Shown one piece after another: positions 19,861 to 28,650 of a stretch of 62,686 nt of DNA. Where the stretch lies: positions 1 through 62,686 of the forward strand of contig JACRNX010000030.1 of assembly GCA_016214755.1 (NCBI GenBank). The letters are read 5' to 3'. Made by a program: the position numbers and the translations under genes. The stretch is from Candidatus Falkowbacteria bacterium (GTDB taxonomy: Bacteria; Patescibacteriota; Patescibacteriia; UBA11705; JABHMO01). Within the stretch, counting starts at the first letter, position 1, and every line of letters starts with the position of its first letter. The notes under the pieces were generated by a model. That model was given only the letters and a program-made list of their open reading frames with translations. It was not told the origin of the DNA and made no database searches.

Positions 19861-21132
19861 ATGAGAGGTTTCATCGTGTTTTTGTTCTTTCCAATTATTG
19901 TTTCCTGTTTTGAGATTGAGGCAAAGCCGTCGAAGAAGCACTCTGTCCGACAAATTCAAAGCGCCAAACCAAAAACAACCGCGGTGGTTCCGTCGGAATC
20001 AGATAAGCCGAACGTCTGTCCGAGAAATCCAGCGCTGCCGGCTGATAAAATTGATGTTCAGGAAAGGATCTGCTCCGCGCGCGAGCTTTTGAAAAGCGAG
20101 CGCGCTGAAATGAAAATTTGCGAAAAGAAAAAGATGATTTGCCGCGGCAAAGGTACAAAGCGGCATTGCGGGATGGTTGTTACGGCCAAACCGATTTGCT
20201 ACCGGACAATCATTCTCGCTTCAATGGACGTAAAGACCGGCCGACTGGCGATTATCGAAATGATCAGGTTGAAAAATGGCAAATGGTCTAGGATAGGATA
20301 CGCCATTCATAGCGGCGCTAGCGACGGCGTTGACACTGAATACGAAGTCCGCTCGCCGCCGGGCCAAGTGGTGCTTGGGATTCAATATCCTCTCTCGTTG
20401 CGCACGCATCGAGGATTGGAGCGGGTGCGGGCGGTTTACACTCCGTATTCAGACGCGCTGGTTAACGCGTTTCCTGAATTGATCGAAGTCGGCTATTTGT
20501 ATCTGTTTCACGAACTTGAAGTCGCGCGCCAGAAAATTACTGAAGCTGGCGTTGACGTCGCGGACATTAATTGGGAAACGCTTTTCGCGCTTGTTCTCGT
20601 CGAGCATCTTACGAACGAAGTGGTGGAAGATAAAAATGTTGAAAGGGAAACGCGCCGCGTGCTCTCGACGATTGGCGCGAATCAGGAATTGGCCTATCGC
20701 TATTCCGTCTCCTCGGCAAAAGCGCGAGGAATCGCTCAAATAATCCCACGAACATGGAACGCGTTGCATCGCCGGTATCCGAAATTGGTTTCCGCTGATT
20801 TCTATCGCGGCACCGCGACACATTCAATCGCTCTTGTGACGCAGATATTGCTCGCCAAAGAAGACCTGAAATTTCTTTTTTCTCAAAAGGGATGGCGGAA
20901 AAATCCGAGCAGGCGGGAAGAATTTTTGCGCGATAGCCGCGGGGTTGGCGAATATCTGGCGCTGGCGTACAATGGCGGCGCGCCGCGCGCTTACCGCTGG
21001 CTTGAGAGCGGAAAAAAAATCGCCTTGCCGCGCGAAGGTCTGCGTTACATTCAGAAATTCAATCAGGTTTGGAAATGGCACCAAGACGTAAAACGCCGAA
21101 CCAGCCGCGCTCAGGGAAAATTAGCTCTATAA
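19861..21132 (+). CDS. Exported protein with C-terminal lytic transglycosylase (SLT-like) domain
   Basis: Signal peptide; VSSAKARGIAQIIPRTW and LALAYNGG motifs. Confidence 0.75.
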   Translation: MRGFIVFLFFPIIVSCFEIEAKPSKKHSVRQIQSAKPKTTAVVPSESDKPNVCPRNPALPADKIDVQERICSARELLKSERAEMKICEKKKMICRGKGTKRHCGMVVTAKPICYRTIILASMDVKTGRLAIIEMIRLKNGKWSRIGYAIHSGASDGVDTEYEVRSPPGQVVLGIQYPLSLRTHRGLERVRAVYTPYSDALVNAFPELIEVGYLYLFHELEVARQKITEAGVDVADINWETLFALVLVEHLTNEVVEDKNVERETRRVLSTIGANQELAYRYSVSSAKARGIAQIIPRTWNALHRRYPKLVSADFYRGTATHSIALVTQILLAKEDLKFLFSQKGWRKNPSRREEFLRDSRGVGEYLALAYNGGAPRAYRWLESGKKIALPREGLRYIQKFNQVWKWHQDVKRRTSRAQGKLAL

Positions 21133-21267
21133 AGAATTCAGCAAGACAAGACAAGCAAGACAAGTAAAACAAGCAAGACAAGCGGGACGAGTCATCGCTT
21201 GTCAACGCTCGTCAACGCTTGTTTTGCTGACCTTGCTGTTTATCGCCGATTGCGATACGCTTGAAAG

Positions 21268-21411
21268 GCGAGTTCTCTTCTGCTGAAAGCCAAATCAGTG
21301 CTTGATAGCGAAGCAGAATATCGCTCTGTCTGCGCTGTCATCTTGTTCAAGTCCCACCAACATTCTTCTATTAATCTTTCATATCATCCTCAGAAGCAGA
21401 GGAGAATGAGC
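21268..21411 (+). ncRNA. Candidate structured ncRNA (6S-like rod)
   Basis: Closing stem TTCTCTTCTGCT/AGCAGAGGAGAA, central bubble, apical stems with G-U pairs; upstream TTGCTG-N17-TACGCT and a downstream terminator. Confidence 0.4.
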
Positions 21412-21449
21412 AGCGCCCCGGCACGACAATCGTGACGAGGCGTTTTTTT
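21412..21449 (+). terminator. Intrinsic terminator
   Basis: GCGCC..CACGA-CAA-TCGTG..GGCG followed by T7. Confidence 0.65.
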
Positions 21450-21495
21450 ATTGAATTTGATAGATCCTGTTACAAATTGAGAAATTGGCTACAAA

Positions 21496-22077
21496 TTACA
21501 AATCGCTACAAATGTTACGAATTGGTTTACTTGGCTTGCTGATCACTTGTAGAAGTTTCCCCATAATTTTTTCTTTAACAAAGTTCAACTTGATTTTTTC
21601 GAATAATGAAAAATTTTTTAGAACAAAATCAGCAGTGTCGCCTTGTTTGTTTTTTTCGCTTTTCCCGACGCCCACGCGCATCCGGATGAAGTTTTGCGTG
21701 CTGATGGCGTCAATAATGGACTGCACGCCGCGGTGGCCGGCGCTGGCGCGGTCGGTCTGGATTTTGAATTCGCCAAACGCAATGTCAACATCGTCGTGGA
21801 CAACGATTAAGTCCGCCGATTCGATTTTATAAAATGACAGCAGCAATTGCGCCGCCTGGCCGGAATTGTTCATAAAAGTCAGGGGTTTGGCGAGAATAAT
21901 TTTTTCGTCATTCAAATTGCCTTCGGAAATTTCCGCTTGGAATTTTTTGCTTTCGCGCCAATCGGAAAAGCTGTTTGCCAATTTTTTTTGCAGGCAGTCG
22001 AGAACCATGAAGCCAACGTTGTGCCGCGTGTTTTTGTATTTTTCTCCGGGATTGCCCAGCCCAATTATTATTTTCAT
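21496..22077 (-). CDS. pth: Peptidyl-tRNA hydrolase
   Basis: IGLGNPG..Y..TRHNVGF, KPLTFMNNSG, VVHDD. Confidence 0.97.
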   Translation of the reverse strand: MKIIIGLGNPGEKYKNTRHNVGFMVLDCLQKKLANSFSDWRESKKFQAEISEGNLNDEKIILAKPLTFMNNSGQAAQLLLSFYKIESADLIVVHDDVDIAFGEFKIQTDRASAGHRGVQSIIDAISTQNFIRMRVGVGKSEKNKQGDTADFVLKNFSLFEKIKLNFVKEKIMGKLLQVISKPSKPIRNICSDL

Positions 22078-22094
22078 AATGTTAAAATCATGGA

Positions 22095-22178
22095 TAGAAT
22101 TTAGAATCTAGAAAGTAGAATGTAGAAGTATGTTAGAGGGTGCATTTAAAAATTCTAAATTCTAGATTCTATTTTCTG
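22095..22178. repeat. Empty TAGAA(A/T)N inverted heptamer hairpin at the der-pth junction
   Basis: Arms 22095-22129 and 22152-22178; one arm encodes the last codons and stop of der. Confidence 0.8.
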
Positions 22179-23619
22179 TTAGCATTAATTTGATGCCGCA
22201 GCCGGGAAATTTAAAATATTCCCTGATCGCGCTGACGATGAAACGCCGGTAGGGAAAAACGAGATTGTCCGCGTTATCGGCGATGATTTCAAAAGTAAGC
22301 GGCGATACTCCGCGCTGTTTGATTCCGCGGATATAGGGGGACATGAAGCCCGAGCCGCGAGGCGGCGTTTTTCTTCGCAACAGATAACGTTTAAATTCAT
22401 TTAATTGTTCTTGGCTGATTTTTTGGCGTTCAGATTCGAAAATTTCAATCGTCATTCTTACCAGCCGCTCGACCCTTCGACTCGCCCCGACGGACGTCGG
22501 GGCTCGCTCAGGGTGTCGCCCATCCCGAGTCGAAGAGTCATCTTGCCTATGGGGCTCCACTTTGGCGCCGGTTTTCGCCGAGAGGAAGATAATCGGCGCC
22601 CAGGTCAGAAACGGGAAAAAGCGGTGGAGATAGAGCGCGTATTCTTTGTCGCTTTTCGTGGTTTTATTCGGGAAGAGGTCCCATTTATTCACGATGAAAA
22701 TCAACGATTTGTTTTGTTCCAAAATTTCATTGGCTAAATTTTTATCTTGTTCGGTAATCGGTTCGCTGGCGTCAATTAAAAGAAGGCAGATGTCGCTTTT
22801 TTTAATGGCCGTCAAACTTCGCTCAATGCTTCTTTCTTTTAATTCATCTTTTATTTTTCGGTGTTTGATGATGCCAGCCGTGTCAACAAAAGTGAGATGA
22901 TATGTTTTCTCGTTTTGGACGCGTTCGATCGTCATGTCTTGGCTGTCGCGGGTGGTGTGGGGAACAGGGGAGACGATGGCGCGCTCTTCGCCGACGAGTT
23001 TGTTGAACAGCGACGACTTGCCGACATTCGGCTTGCCGATGATCGCGATTTTAATTGAGTTGTATCCAGGCGCATCGTCGGGCGAAATCCGCGCATCATT
23101 GTTTTTGAATTGCCGCCTTAGTTCGTCCAACACGCCATCCAATAAATCGCCGGTGCCGCCGCCGGTTTTCGCGGAAATGGCGAACACGTCTTTAAATCCT
23201 AATTGATAAAAATCCGCCGCTCGGCTCAAATGTTTGGCTGAATCAATTTTGTTGACCACGACGAGCGTTGGTTTTTTTGATTTTTGAATAATTCTCGCGA
23301 ACTGATTGTCCTGGGGCAGGAGCCCGTCTTTTCCGTCCACGACGAACAAAATCAAATCCGCTTCTTTGATTGATTTTTCCGCTTGGCCGGCGGAAAGCCG
23401 ATCAATTTCTTCTTCTCCTGAAACATCGAGTCCGGCGGTGTCAACAATCGTGAATTGCTGTTTGTCCCAGCCGCAAATTCCAAAACGCCGGTCGCGGGTG
23501 GTGCCGGCGATTCTCGAGGTGAGCGCTTTTTTGTCGCCGACTAAGCGGTTGAACAGCGTTGATTTGCCGACATTGGTGCGGCCGATGATGGCGACAAGGG
23601 GGAGCTTGGTATATGTCAT
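22162..23619 (-). CDS. der: Ribosome biogenesis GTPase Der (EngA), with a 29-aa in-frame insertion
   Basis: Two G domains (GRTNVGKST/DTAG/NKID; GKPNVGKSS/DTAG/NKWD) plus KH-like tail. Confidence 0.97.
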   Translation of the reverse strand: MTYTKLPLVAIIGRTNVGKSTLFNRLVGDKKALTSRIAGTTRDRRFGICGWDKQQFTIVDTAGLDVSGEEEIDRLSAGQAEKSIKEADLILFVVDGKDGLLPQDNQFARIIQKSKKPTLVVVNKIDSAKHLSRAADFYQLGFKDVFAISAKTGGGTGDLLDGVLDELRRQFKNNDARISPDDAPGYNSIKIAIIGKPNVGKSSLFNKLVGEERAIVSPVPHTTRDSQDMTIERVQNEKTYHLTFVDTAGIIKHRKIKDELKERSIERSLTAIKKSDICLLLIDASEPITEQDKNLANEILEQNKSLIFIVNKWDLFPNKTTKSDKEYALYLHRFFPFLTWAPIIFLSAKTGAKVEPHRQDDSSTRDGRHPERAPTSVGASRRVERLVRMTIEIFESERQKISQEQLNEFKRYLLRRKTPPRGSGFMSPYIRGIKQRGVSPLTFEIIADNADNLVFPYRRFIVSAIREYFKFPGCGIKLMLTENRI

Positions 23620-23632
23620 ATATGACTTGCTC

Positions 23633-25051
23633 TTATTCTTCTTCCGCGTTTGCTCCAAGAACAATGAAAAAATCCAAATCCGGCGTCGCTTCACTCATTA
23701 TCCAATCAGGAATTTCGTTTCCCGAGAGCATCGTGGACTGGTATTTTTTTTCTAAAAGTTGAACTTGGTCTTTTTGCTCGCGCGTTGAAATTTTAAAAAT
23801 TTGCGTCGCGGTTTTATTTTGCTCCGGCGCGTTGCCGATTTTCAAAACGCGGAATCCCAGCAGTTTCAGTTCCTGCGAGTGGCGCGAGGCCAAACCGCTG
23901 ATTTCCGTGCCGTTCCTGATTTCAACGGTAATCGGCTTGTTTTCCGCGATAATCTGTTCGCTTTGAAAAACGTTTTTTACCAGATATTGAATTTGGTTGA
24001 AGTCGTCTCCTTTTGGCTGAAGAACGTACGCTTCATTAACGATATTGGCGTAAAGAAGTCCGCTTTCGCTGTCGTCTAAAACTTTAGTAATGATATTTTT
24101 TGCGTCAACTTTCTCGATCAGCTTGGCGAGAACAATCGCCTCCCATGGTTCCATATTGGTTTTAAAATTATCGGAAAGCGTATTCGACAATTTGCTGATT
24201 TTTCTGGGAGATAAGAAAAAGCTGTAAGAAAGAACTCGTTCTTTGAATGCTTCTAAAATTTTTTGCTGGCGCTTGCTTCTGGCGAAATCCGACCCTTCGC
24301 CATTGTTGCCGTGCCGCGAGCGCGCGAATTTCAGCGCCGTGTCTCCGTCCATCGTTTGCAGGCCGGCTTCGAACGAAACGACTTGGTATTTGAAATCCGC
24401 GGTTGGATATTGAAAATCAGTGAAAGCGCGCTCAACGTTGATTTTTAATCCGCCGAGGTCGTCAATGATTTTTTCAAAGCTGGAAAAATCCACCCGCACG
24501 TAATATTGGATGGGAATATCCAATGTTTTTTCCAGCGTCTGGCTGGCGAGCATGGGTCCGCTGCCGAATTCTTTTTGCTCGCCAAAAGCGTTCGCGTTAT
24601 TGATTTTCCACCAGCCGAATGCCGGTATGTTCACAAGTAAGTCGCGCGGGATAGAAATGAGCGCCATCTTTTGGGTGGATGGCTTGACGCTGGCGACGAT
24701 AACCGTGTCTGTTAAATACGGCCCTTCGTGCCCGGCGCCGCCCATGCCGAGAAGGAGGATGTTGATTCTGTCGTCTGTTTCGCCTTTAAGATTGTTGCCA
24801 TCCAATGCTAAACTGCTTAATTGTTTGAGAATATTAATTTTGCCGTTAAAGACTTCGCTGATGCTATTGCCGGTGAAAATCACTTGGTAGGAAAAAATGA
24901 AAAAAGCGATTGTCATGATTATCAGCAAATACAAAATGAAGCGGCTGACGCGGAAAATTTTCCGTCCGTGCGGTTGTTGGTTGTCGCTCGGCGACAAAAG
25001 ATTAATCCGTCCGTCGAGCACTTGCTTTCTGGCTTCAAATCCGTCCTGCAT
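23633..25051 (-). CDS. LCP (LytR-CpsA-Psr) family protein with LytR_C domain
   Basis: TM helix, INILLLG, TDTVIV, ISIPRDL, RSKRQQ; C-terminal VEIRNGT..SGLA. Confidence 0.93.
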   Translation of the reverse strand: MQDGFEARKQVLDGRINLLSPSDNQQPHGRKIFRVSRFILYLLIIMTIAFFIFSYQVIFTGNSISEVFNGKINILKQLSSLALDGNNLKGETDDRINILLLGMGGAGHEGPYLTDTVIVASVKPSTQKMALISIPRDLLVNIPAFGWWKINNANAFGEQKEFGSGPMLASQTLEKTLDIPIQYYVRVDFSSFEKIIDDLGGLKINVERAFTDFQYPTADFKYQVVSFEAGLQTMDGDTALKFARSRHGNNGEGSDFARSKRQQKILEAFKERVLSYSFFLSPRKISKLSNTLSDNFKTNMEPWEAIVLAKLIEKVDAKNIITKVLDDSESGLLYANIVNEAYVLQPKGDDFNQIQYLVKNVFQSEQIIAENKPITVEIRNGTEISGLASRHSQELKLLGFRVLKIGNAPEQNKTATQIFKISTREQKDQVQLLEKKYQSTMLSGNEIPDWIMSEATPDLDFFIVLGANAEEE

Positions 25052-25167
25052 AAAAGAAATAACAAAAAGTCCTCCCGCTAATTATATGTTAAAATCAGTT
25101 AATTAGCAAGCATGAAAGGATAATTTTGATGGAGTTGAAGTTGTTCTAAAAGTGTGATATGATGTTT

Positions 25168-25241
25168 AAAAGTAAAAATGAAAAATGAAAAAGTAAAAAG
25201 TGAAGCGGTTTTTCCTTTTTCATTTTCAATTTTTACTTTTT
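25168..25241. repeat. Empty TGAAAAA/GTAAAAA inverted heptamer hairpin before lepB
   Basis: Same arm family as the cassette at 25848-26290, with a ~15-nt loop. Confidence 0.75.
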
Positions 25242-25247
25242 AACCTT

Positions 25248-25847
25248 ATGCCCTTTGTCACCCGTTATTCAGAGCCAAAATTAACGCCCGCCCAAAAAGC
25301 CATTCATTTTGTTTGGGATTTGTTGAAAGTGGTCTGTGTTTCCCTAGCCATCATCATTCCCGTGCGCTATTTTTTGATTCAACCGTTTTACGTTAAAGGC
25401 GCGTCAATGGAGCCATCTTTTTTTGACCATGAATATTTGATTATTGATGAAATAGGTTACCGGTTCGGCGAGCCGAAACGCGGCGATATTGTTGTCTTTA
25501 AATATCCAAAAGACCCGTCGCTGTATTTTATTAAAAGAATCATCGGTTTGCCGGGAGAAACCGTGGAAATCGCTGACAGCAAGGTTTATATTCATCCAGC
25601 GGAGCCGGGCGCGCCTAAGTTTATTTTAGACGAGGAAAATTATTTGTCGTCGGAGGTTAATACTTTCGGAAATAAAACCTGGGTTCTCGGCGCGGACGAT
25701 TATTACGTGCTCGGCGATAATCGCGAGTCCAGTTTGGATTCGCGGACATTCGGCCCGGTTTTTCGCGAACTTATTGTCGGCAAGGTTTGGTTTCGCGGCT
25801 GGCCAGTCGCGCGGGTTGGGTTGTTTCCGTCGGTCAAATATGAATAA
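25248..25847 (+). CDS. lepB: Signal peptidase I
   Basis: GASMEP (Ser), FIKRIIGLPGE (Lys), GDNRESSLDSR. Confidence 0.96.
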   Translation: MPFVTRYSEPKLTPAQKAIHFVWDLLKVVCVSLAIIIPVRYFLIQPFYVKGASMEPSFFDHEYLIIDEIGYRFGEPKRGDIVVFKYPKDPSLYFIKRIIGLPGETVEIADSKVYIHPAEPGAPKFILDEENYLSSEVNTFGNKTWVLGADDYYVLGDNRESSLDSRTFGPVFRELIVGKVWFRGWPVARVGLFPSVKYE

Positions 25848-25867
25848 GTTAAAAGTTAAAACTGAAA

Positions 25868-26245
25868 ATGGAAAACGAAAAGGAAAAATTTAAAACCGAA
25901 CTAAAGCGTCGAATTTATACATGGATTCTTCGCCTTATTAAATTTTTAGATAGTTCGCCAAAAGATACCATAACTTATCGGGTTGTCGATCAATTATTTA
26001 GAAGCGGCGGCAGTATTGGCGCGAATTATATTGAAGCTCAAGCATCAAGTTCCAAAAAGGATTTTGTTAATTTTCTACATCATTCTCTTAAGTCTGCAAA
26101 TGAATCAAAGTTTTGGTTGGCGATTCTTAGAGATACCAAACGCGGAGATGCGGAGAAAATTAATTTGCTTCTTGACGAACTTATTGAAATTGCCAATATT
26201 TTAGGCGCCAGTATCTTAACCGTTAAAGGCAAAAGAAAGTTTTAG
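25868..26245 (+). CDS. Four-helix-bundle protein (23S rRNA IVP / Avd-like family)
   Basis: QLFRSGGSIGANYIEA..S.KDF..F...LKSANESKFWL; flanked by inverted heptamer arms. Confidence 0.92.
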   Translation: MENEKEKFKTELKRRIYTWILRLIKFLDSSPKDTITYRVVDQLFRSGGSIGANYIEAQASSSKKDFVNFLHHSLKSANESKFWLAILRDTKRGDAEKINLLLDELIEIANILGASILTVKGKRKF

Positions 26246-26290
26246 ATTGTCAATTTTCGTTTTTCATTTTTACTTTTTAATTTTATTTTT

Positions 26291-27619
26291 ATGCCAAGAC
26301 GAAAAAAAGAAGAAATTCCGCATGAAGAAATAAGAAAAATAAAAACGCCGGCGATCGTAGACGGCATGCGGGATGTTTTGCCCGCTGACCACAAATATTG
26401 GGAGTTCGTGGAACGGGAAATTCGCAAAGTGATTGACGGTTACAGTTTTTTACGGATCGCCACGCCGATTCTTGAAAAGTACGAGCTTTTCAATCACACG
26501 TTGTTTAAACAGAGCGGCGCTTTGGAAGGAGAGGTTTTTGATTTTATTGACCGCGGACAGAAATTAATCTTGCGGCCGGAGAACGCCGCTTCCATCGCCC
26601 GCGCTTTTATTTCGCATAACATGGCCAACCAGCCCATGCCGCTTAAGGTTTATTTTTGGGGTCCGATGTTTCGGCAAGCGCGCGGGGAAGCGAACAAGTG
26701 GCGGCAATTCACCCAGGCGGGGTTTGAGATTATCGGCGAAAAAGCGCCGGCCATAGACGCGGAGCTGATCATTATCGCCAGCAATATCATGAAAAATTTG
26801 GGATTAGAAACAGAAGTGCGGCTGAACAGCGTTGGTTGCGGCATCTGCCGGCTTGAATACAGCAAAGCGCTTTCCGGCTATCTGAAATCCAAGCGGGCGA
26901 TGCTGTGCCAGGACTGCCGGCGCCGGATTGGTCGCGACCCCCAGCATTTTCTGGCTTGCCAAAACAACCGTTGCGCGCGGCTCAAGGAAGACGCGCCGCA
27001 AACCGTTGATTGGCTGTGCGATGAATGCCGCAACCATTTGTTTCGCGTCCTCGAATATCTAGATGAATTAAAAATTCCTTATCAGCTTGATTCCACTTTA
27101 CTTTCCACTTTTGGTTTTTACTCGAAAACGATTTTTGAAATTAACGCTAATGGCGAACGGGGCGAAAAAATTTCTCTGGCCAGCGGCGGCCGCTTCGATA
27201 ATCTTTTGGAAATGCTAAGCGGCCCGGCCATGCCCGGCGCTGGTTTCGCCTTGGGGCTGGAGCGGGTGATTCAACAGCTTAAAACAGCGAAGGCGGAAGT
27301 GCCGAACCCAGCGGCGCCGGACGTGTTTTTGGCGCAAATCAGCGAACAGGCGCGGCAGAAGGCATTCGCTTTTTTCGAGGAACTGCGGCGTCACAATTTT
27401 TCCATTAAAGCGAATTTATCAAAAGCGAATTTGAAAGCGCAATTGGAAATCGCCGCCAAGTTGGGCGCGAAATATGTTTTGATTCTTGGCCAAAAGGAAG
27501 CAATGGAAGGCACGGTGATTTTGCGCGATATGGAGAGCGGGATTCAGGAGGTGGTCAATCGCACCAAGGTCGTCAAGGAAATTCAAAAGCGATTGAGAGA
27601 CAATTTGTTGAAATTGTAA
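26291..27619 (+). CDS. hisS: Histidyl-tRNA synthetase homologue with degenerate active-site motifs
   Basis: GMRD, LRPE, RQF.Q.G.E, GGGRFD, GFALGLERV and anticodon-binding domain; RGLDYY altered. Confidence 0.85.
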   Translation: MPRRKKEEIPHEEIRKIKTPAIVDGMRDVLPADHKYWEFVEREIRKVIDGYSFLRIATPILEKYELFNHTLFKQSGALEGEVFDFIDRGQKLILRPENAASIARAFISHNMANQPMPLKVYFWGPMFRQARGEANKWRQFTQAGFEIIGEKAPAIDAELIIIASNIMKNLGLETEVRLNSVGCGICRLEYSKALSGYLKSKRAMLCQDCRRRIGRDPQHFLACQNNRCARLKEDAPQTVDWLCDECRNHLFRVLEYLDELKIPYQLDSTLLSTFGFYSKTIFEINANGERGEKISLASGGRFDNLLEMLSGPAMPGAGFALGLERVIQQLKTAKAEVPNPAAPDVFLAQISEQARQKAFAFFEELRRHNFSIKANLSKANLKAQLEIAAKLGAKYVLILGQKEAMEGTVILRDMESGIQEVVNRTKVVKEIQKRLRDNLLKL

Positions 27620-27642
27620 TCAGCGATGGAAGACTTTTTGCC

Positions 27643-27671
27643 TGTCATGCTTCGAGAGCCTCAGCATGACA
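27643..27671. repeat. TGTCATGCTTCGAGAGCCTCAGCATGACA palindrome
   Basis: Near-identical copies at 43217 and 58578, each just after a gene end. Confidence 0.85.
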
Positions 27672-27742
27672 TCAACTTGTCACCTTGAGGCGAGTTTGAA
27701 CGTGAACTGTTTCAAATCGTTTCGCATAAACCTCTCGAATGG

Positions 27743-27771
27743 TTGACTTTTCAATTTTTTTAGCTTAAAAT
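27743..27771 (+). promoter_or_regulatory. Sigma70 promoter of rpsU
   Basis: TTGACT-N17-TAAAAT. Confidence 0.6.
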
Positions 27772-27863
27772 AACTTCTGAAATAGAGTCAATTTCTATTA
27801 TTCGATTATTCTATTTTCTACTTTCTATTTTCTAGATTCTAAATAAAGGAAAGGAGTTTTGAA

Positions 27864-28112
27864 ATGGCAATTGAAGTTAAAAGGAAAAAAGTTGAAACAT
27901 TCGAATCATTATTGCGGCGATTTAATCGGCGCATGATTCAGAGTAAATTAGTTTTGGAATGCAAGCGAAAAGCGCATTATAAGCGGCCGTTAAGCCGCAA
28001 TCGCCAGCGGGCGAACGCGCTTTCACGAAAGACCTACAGCGAAAAGCGCAATTATCTGCGCAAGACAGGCCGTCTGCCGGAAGAAGAATTGACGCAGAAG
28101 AGGAGGTATTAG
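27864..28112 (+). CDS. rpsU: 30S ribosomal protein S21
   Basis: EVKRK..E.FESLLRRF; basic protein upstream of yqeY. Confidence 0.9.
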   Translation: MAIEVKRKKVETFESLLRRFNRRMIQSKLVLECKRKAHYKRPLSRNRQRANALSRKTYSEKRNYLRKTGRLPEEELTQKRRY

Positions 28113-28185
28113 GGTATAGGGTTTAGGGTAGAGGGTATAGGGTAGAGTTAGGTTTTAGGTTGAATAAAATTGTGGTATAATAAGT

Positions 28186-28635
28186 ATGAGTTTATCACAA
28201 GAAATTGAGAAGCAACTGACTCAAGCGATGAAAGAAAAGAATGAGTCGGTTTTAGTGACCATGAGAATGTTAAAATCAGCGATGACGAATCGGGCGATTG
28301 AATTGATGAAAAAAGAATTGACTGACGAAGAAACCATCAGCGTCATCCGCGGAGAAATCAAGAAGCGCGACGATTCAATCGAAGCGTATCAAGCGGGCGG
28401 CAGGCAGGACTTGGTTGAACAAGAAACGCGGGAGAAAGAATTATTGAAGGCGTTTTTGCCGCCGGCAATGTCGGCCGAAGAAATTAAGTCCGCTGTCGAA
28501 AAAGCGATGGCCGGGCTGGCGGAGGCAGACAAGAAAAATTTTGGAAAAGCCATGGCTTTGGCCATGAATGAACTTAAAGGAAAAGCGGACGGCAAGGCGG
28601 TCAGTCAGGCGGTGAAAGAATTGCTCACGCAATAA
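28186..28635 (+). CDS. GatB/YqeY domain protein
   Basis: AMKEK..RMLKS, KKRDDSIEAY..GGR.DL, G.AM..LKGKADGK.V. Confidence 0.93.
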   Translation: MSLSQEIEKQLTQAMKEKNESVLVTMRMLKSAMTNRAIELMKKELTDEETISVIRGEIKKRDDSIEAYQAGGRQDLVEQETREKELLKAFLPPAMSAEEIKSAVEKAMAGLAEADKKNFGKAMALAMNELKGKADGKAVSQAVKELLTQ

Positions 28636-28650
28636 TCATTGATATAAATC

